Assembly: GCA_943841495.1 (NCBI GenBank) | Contig: CALSYL010000003.1 | Location: forward strand, 80,915 to 144,914 | DNA length: 64,000 bases | From: an uncultured bacterium | GTDB taxonomy: Bacteria > Fidelibacterota > Marinisomatia > Marinisomatales > Marinisomataceae | Reading direction: 5' to 3' | Part shown: piece after piece, positions 61,420 to 64,000 of the stretch | Numbering within the stretch: the stretch's first letter is position 1 | How the letters are laid out: every line of letters begins with the position of its first letter | The notes under the pieces: model-generated | What the model was told of the DNA's origin: nothing | The model's database searches: none | Seen by the model: the letters and a program-made list of their open reading frames with translations, nothing else | Program-made: the position numbers and the translations under genes

Positions 61420-62167
61420 TAATAATTATACACTTGGATTTGTATTCATAGTTACACTTGTATTGGGTGTCATGTTATCTTTCACCAAAGATAGCGTTAA
61501 AGACCTGCAAGATCAAAACCTCAAAGCAGATGTCCAAAAAACCATTCTAAGATCTTTAAATTTTGAAGAAAATTTACTTTTGAGCAATGAAAGTATTGAG
61601 CAAACTTTTAAAAACTATATTGATGCTAAATGCGTTAACGTTGAAGGTGATATTGTAGAATGCAATATTGAAGAAGTAGATATTGAAAAAAATGAAGAAA
61701 CTTTGCCAATATACATTAGAAAGAACGATGAAAAAATTGAAGGAATAGCATTGCCTATAGCTGGTAAAGGCTTATGGTCAACAATTTTTGGATACATCGC
61801 ATTAAATCCAGATACCGATTCAGTATTAGGAATTCAGTTTTATAAGCATGGAGAAACACCTGGTCTTGGAGGAGAAGTAGAAAAAAAATGGTTTACTGAT
61901 AACTTTGTAAATCACCCGCTTGAAGAGCCAAATGGTGAAGTCACATATGTGCCAAAAAAGATTAGAGATGAGAATGGAAAAATTATAAGTATTACCGTCA
62001 TCAAAGGTGGAGTTGATTATTCCAAATCTAATAAATCAGCAATTCATCAAGTTGATGGAATATCTGGAGCTACTGTTACAGCTGATGGTGTTTCTGATTT
62101 TCTTCTGGAAGATTTATTAAGATATGAAAAAACATTAGATAAGATAAGAGATTATGGAACTATTTAA
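61412..62167 (+). CDS. nqrC: Na+-NQR subunit C
   Basis: Single TM plus an FMN_bind domain with the flavinylation site GISGATVTADG. The ATG at 61412 is preferred over the TTG at 61403. Confidence 0.9.
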   Translation: MHSNNYTLGFVFIVTLVLGVMLSFTKDSVKDLQDQNLKADVQKTILRSLNFEENLLLSNESIEQTFKNYIDAKCVNVEGDIVECNIEEVDIEKNEETLPIYIRKNDEKIEGIALPIAGKGLWSTIFGYIALNPDTDSVLGIQFYKHGETPGLGGEVEKKWFTDNFVNHPLEEPNGEVTYVPKKIRDENGKIISITVIKGGVDYSKSNKSAIHQVDGISGATVTADGVSDFLLEDLLRYEKTLDKIRDYGTI

Positions 62168-62807
62168 TTCAGAATCAAAAAAAATAATTAGCGATCCAAT
62201 CAACGTTAATAATCCAATATCTTTACAGGTATTAGGAATTTGCTCTGCGCTAGCAGTAACAATTAGACTTGATCAAGCTATAATTATGACATTGGCTGTT
62301 ATTTTTGTTTTATGTTCATCTAATGTCATTCTATCTTTAATCAGAGATTATATTCCTGCTAGAGTAAGAATAGTAATTATGTTATCTGTCATTGCTTCGC
62401 TTGTATCAGTTGTTGATGAGTTGCTAAAAGCATATCTCTATGATATGAGTAAGCAATTATCTGTATTTGTAGGTTTAATTATTACAAATTGTATTATAAT
62501 GGGTAGAGCAGAAGCTTTTGCATTGAAAAATGGTCCCTCAAAAGCATTTTTAGACGGTCTGGGTAATGGTTTTGGTTACGGTTTAATAATAATTATTGTT
62601 TCATTTTTTAGAGAATTATTTGGTGCTGGTACAATAACTCTTCCAGATGGAGGAGCAGGCTATGTTCTTTGGAGTATTCCAGAATCATGGTATGCAGCTG
62701 GATATGAAAATATAGGTTTATTAGTTTTATCTCCTGGAGCTTTTATAATTTTAGGGTTAGTCATTTGGGCTCAAAGAGAAATGGCTGGAATCGAGGAGGA
62801 AGCATAG
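62154..62807 (+). CDS. nqrD: Na+-NQR subunit D
   Basis: NPISLQVLGICSALAVT and GLIITNCIIMGRAEAF, the Rnf/Nqr D/E family signatures. Confidence 0.92.
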   Translation: MELFNSESKKIISDPINVNNPISLQVLGICSALAVTIRLDQAIIMTLAVIFVLCSSNVILSLIRDYIPARVRIVIMLSVIASLVSVVDELLKAYLYDMSKQLSVFVGLIITNCIIMGRAEAFALKNGPSKAFLDGLGNGFGYGLIIIIVSFFRELFGAGTITLPDGGAGYVLWSIPESWYAAGYENIGLLVLSPGAFIILGLVIWAQREMAGIEEEA

Positions 62808-63430
62808 TGTCTGGATTAGAACATTATTTAAGTATTTTTACCAAAGCTGTCTTTATTGAAAACATCGTATTGGCCTATTTTTTAGGTTTATGTTCATTTC
62901 TTGCTATTTCAAAAAATATCAATGCTTCAGTAGGTATTGGAATGGCCGTAGTGGTTGTATTGACAATTACAGCGCCAATCAATTGGGTTTTATGGGAATT
63001 TCTTCTTGATAAAGGTGCCTTGGTATGGATTAGTGAAGATTTTAAGGATACAGATTTAGGGTTTTTAAAACTAATTGTATTTATTTCTGTTATTGCAGCA
63101 ATGGTTCAATTAGTTGAAATGTTTATGGAGAGATTTTCACAATCATTGTATAACAGTCTAGGAATTTTTCTTCCATTAATAGCTGTAAATTGTTCAATTT
63201 TAGGTGGATCATTATTTATGGTAGAGCGAGAGTATACAATACCTGAAACGATAGTTTATGGTTTTGGTTCAGGTGTAGGATTTTTTCTAGCAATTGTTGC
63301 TCTTGCATCAATTAGATATAGAATTAGATATTCTAATATCCCACCTAGGCTTCAAGGGGTTGGAATGGCTATGTTGTTAACTGGTTTATTATCAATGGCC
63401 TTCATGGCTTTTTCAGGGATTGATTTATAA
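62807..63430 (+). CDS. nqrE: Na+-NQR subunit E
   Basis: FIENIVLAYFLGLCSFLA and FLPLIAVNCSILGG. The GTG at 62807 overlaps the nqrD TAG, and the upstream part of the listed ORF lies inside nqrD. Confidence 0.9.
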   Translation: MSGLEHYLSIFTKAVFIENIVLAYFLGLCSFLAISKNINASVGIGMAVVVVLTITAPINWVLWEFLLDKGALVWISEDFKDTDLGFLKLIVFISVIAAMVQLVEMFMERFSQSLYNSLGIFLPLIAVNCSILGGSLFMVEREYTIPETIVYGFGSGVGFFLAIVALASIRYRIRYSNIPPRLQGVGMAMLLTGLLSMAFMAFSGIDL

Positions 63431-64000
63431 TGAGCGATATTTTATTAGGTGTAATTGTTTTTTCGTCAGTCATTCTATTCTTGGTGATTATACTAAATGT
63501 ATTAGGAGATATTTTACTTCCTCAAGGAGAAGTTACTTTACTAATCAATAATGATTCTGACAAATCAATTAAGGTTGATACTGGGGGAACAGTTCTAAAT
63601 GCATTAGCCTCTCAGAACGTTTATTTGCCATCAGCATGTGGCGGACAAGGGACATGCGCTCAATGTAAATGTCAAGTTATAGAAGGTGGCGGCGATATCC
63701 TCCCTACTGAAGAAGCTTATATTTCAAGATCAGACCAAAAAGACAATTGGAGACTAGGTTGCCAAGTTAAAATTAGAAATGATATGAAAATTCAAGTGCC
63801 AGATGAAATTTTTAGCATCAGAAAATGGGATGCTGTAGTAAAGTCAAACGAAAATGTAGCAACATTTATTAAAGAATTGATTCTTGAGTTACCTGCTGAT
63901 GACCCAATACATTTTGAGTCTGGTGGTTATATACAAATTGATGTTCCTTCTTATAAGGACCTACAATATAAAAATTTCGAAATACAAGATTTATATACAT
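63430..64000 (+). CDS. nqrF: Na+-NQR subunit F (N-terminal part; continues beyond the window)
   Basis: My own translation from the ATG at 63430 (TAATG overlap) is MSDILLGVIVFSSVILFLVIIL...LPSACGGQGTCAQCKCQVIEGGG...RLGCQV. This is a TM anchor plus a 2Fe-2S ferredoxin domain, followed by the start of the FAD domain. Confidence 0.9.
   Translation, partial: MSDILLGVIVFSSVILFLVIILNVLGDILLPQGEVTLLINNDSDKSIKVDTGGTVLNALASQNVYLPSACGGQGTCAQCKCQVIEGGGDILPTEEAYISRSDQKDNWRLGCQVKIRNDMKIQVPDEIFSIRKWDAVVKSNENVATFIKELILELPADDPIHFESGGYIQIDVPSYKDLQYKNFEIQDLYT

Overview
This is a very AT-rich (judged by eye, not computed), tightly packed bacterial chromosomal segment. Almost all of it is housekeeping genes, many joined by 4-17 nt overlaps. 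I saw no CRISPR array, transposase, integrase or prophage genes. The T9SS-type C-terminal sorting domain, CarboxypepD_reg-type TonB receptor, bS22-like micro-ORF and Na+-NQR suggest a streamlined marine member of the FCB superphylum (Marinimicrobia/Ignavibacteria/Bacteroidota-like). That taxonomic placement is inference only. Left to right the window holds: kbl-tdh (minus), parAB, an M23 peptidase-bactofilin pair, and a complete F1Fo operon atpBEFHAGDC with atpD frameshifted as assembled. Next come aspS, phoH, Leu/Val dehydrogenase, nusB, secA, a trans-sulfuration PLP enzyme, tRNA-Leu, an SLC13/TrkA-C transporter, PCD, EamA, an SDR and kpsF. A minus-strand accessory block follows: a cohesin-like lipoprotein, a 1585-aa dockerin-like T9SS protein, saccharopine dehydrogenase, tRNA-Asp and a small membrane protein. 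Then mltG, uvrD, fur, an OB/HD nuclease, an unknown OMP, a cobalamin-riboswitch-controlled TonB receptor, HNH, trpS, scpAB, rluB, cmk, rpsA, a YbbR-like protein, tsaD, a hypothetical, serS, plsC, hldC, an MltD-like LysM transglycosylase and HU. The last stretch holds an unlisted 31-aa bS22-like ORF, nadK (frameshifted), pepC, a YdjM-like protein, proline dehydrogenase, an FAD oxidoreductase and nqrABCDEF (nqrF truncated by the window end). The most interesting items are: (1) the adjacent cohesin-like/dockerin-like gene pair at 24.4-30.2 kb; (2) the two +1 frame breaks in essential genes; (3) the B12 riboswitch in front of an orphan TonB receptor; (4) the bS22-like micro-ORF; (5) tRNAs butted directly against CDS boundaries. 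No claim here rests on a database search. All homology calls are motif recognition from the supplied translations or my own translation.
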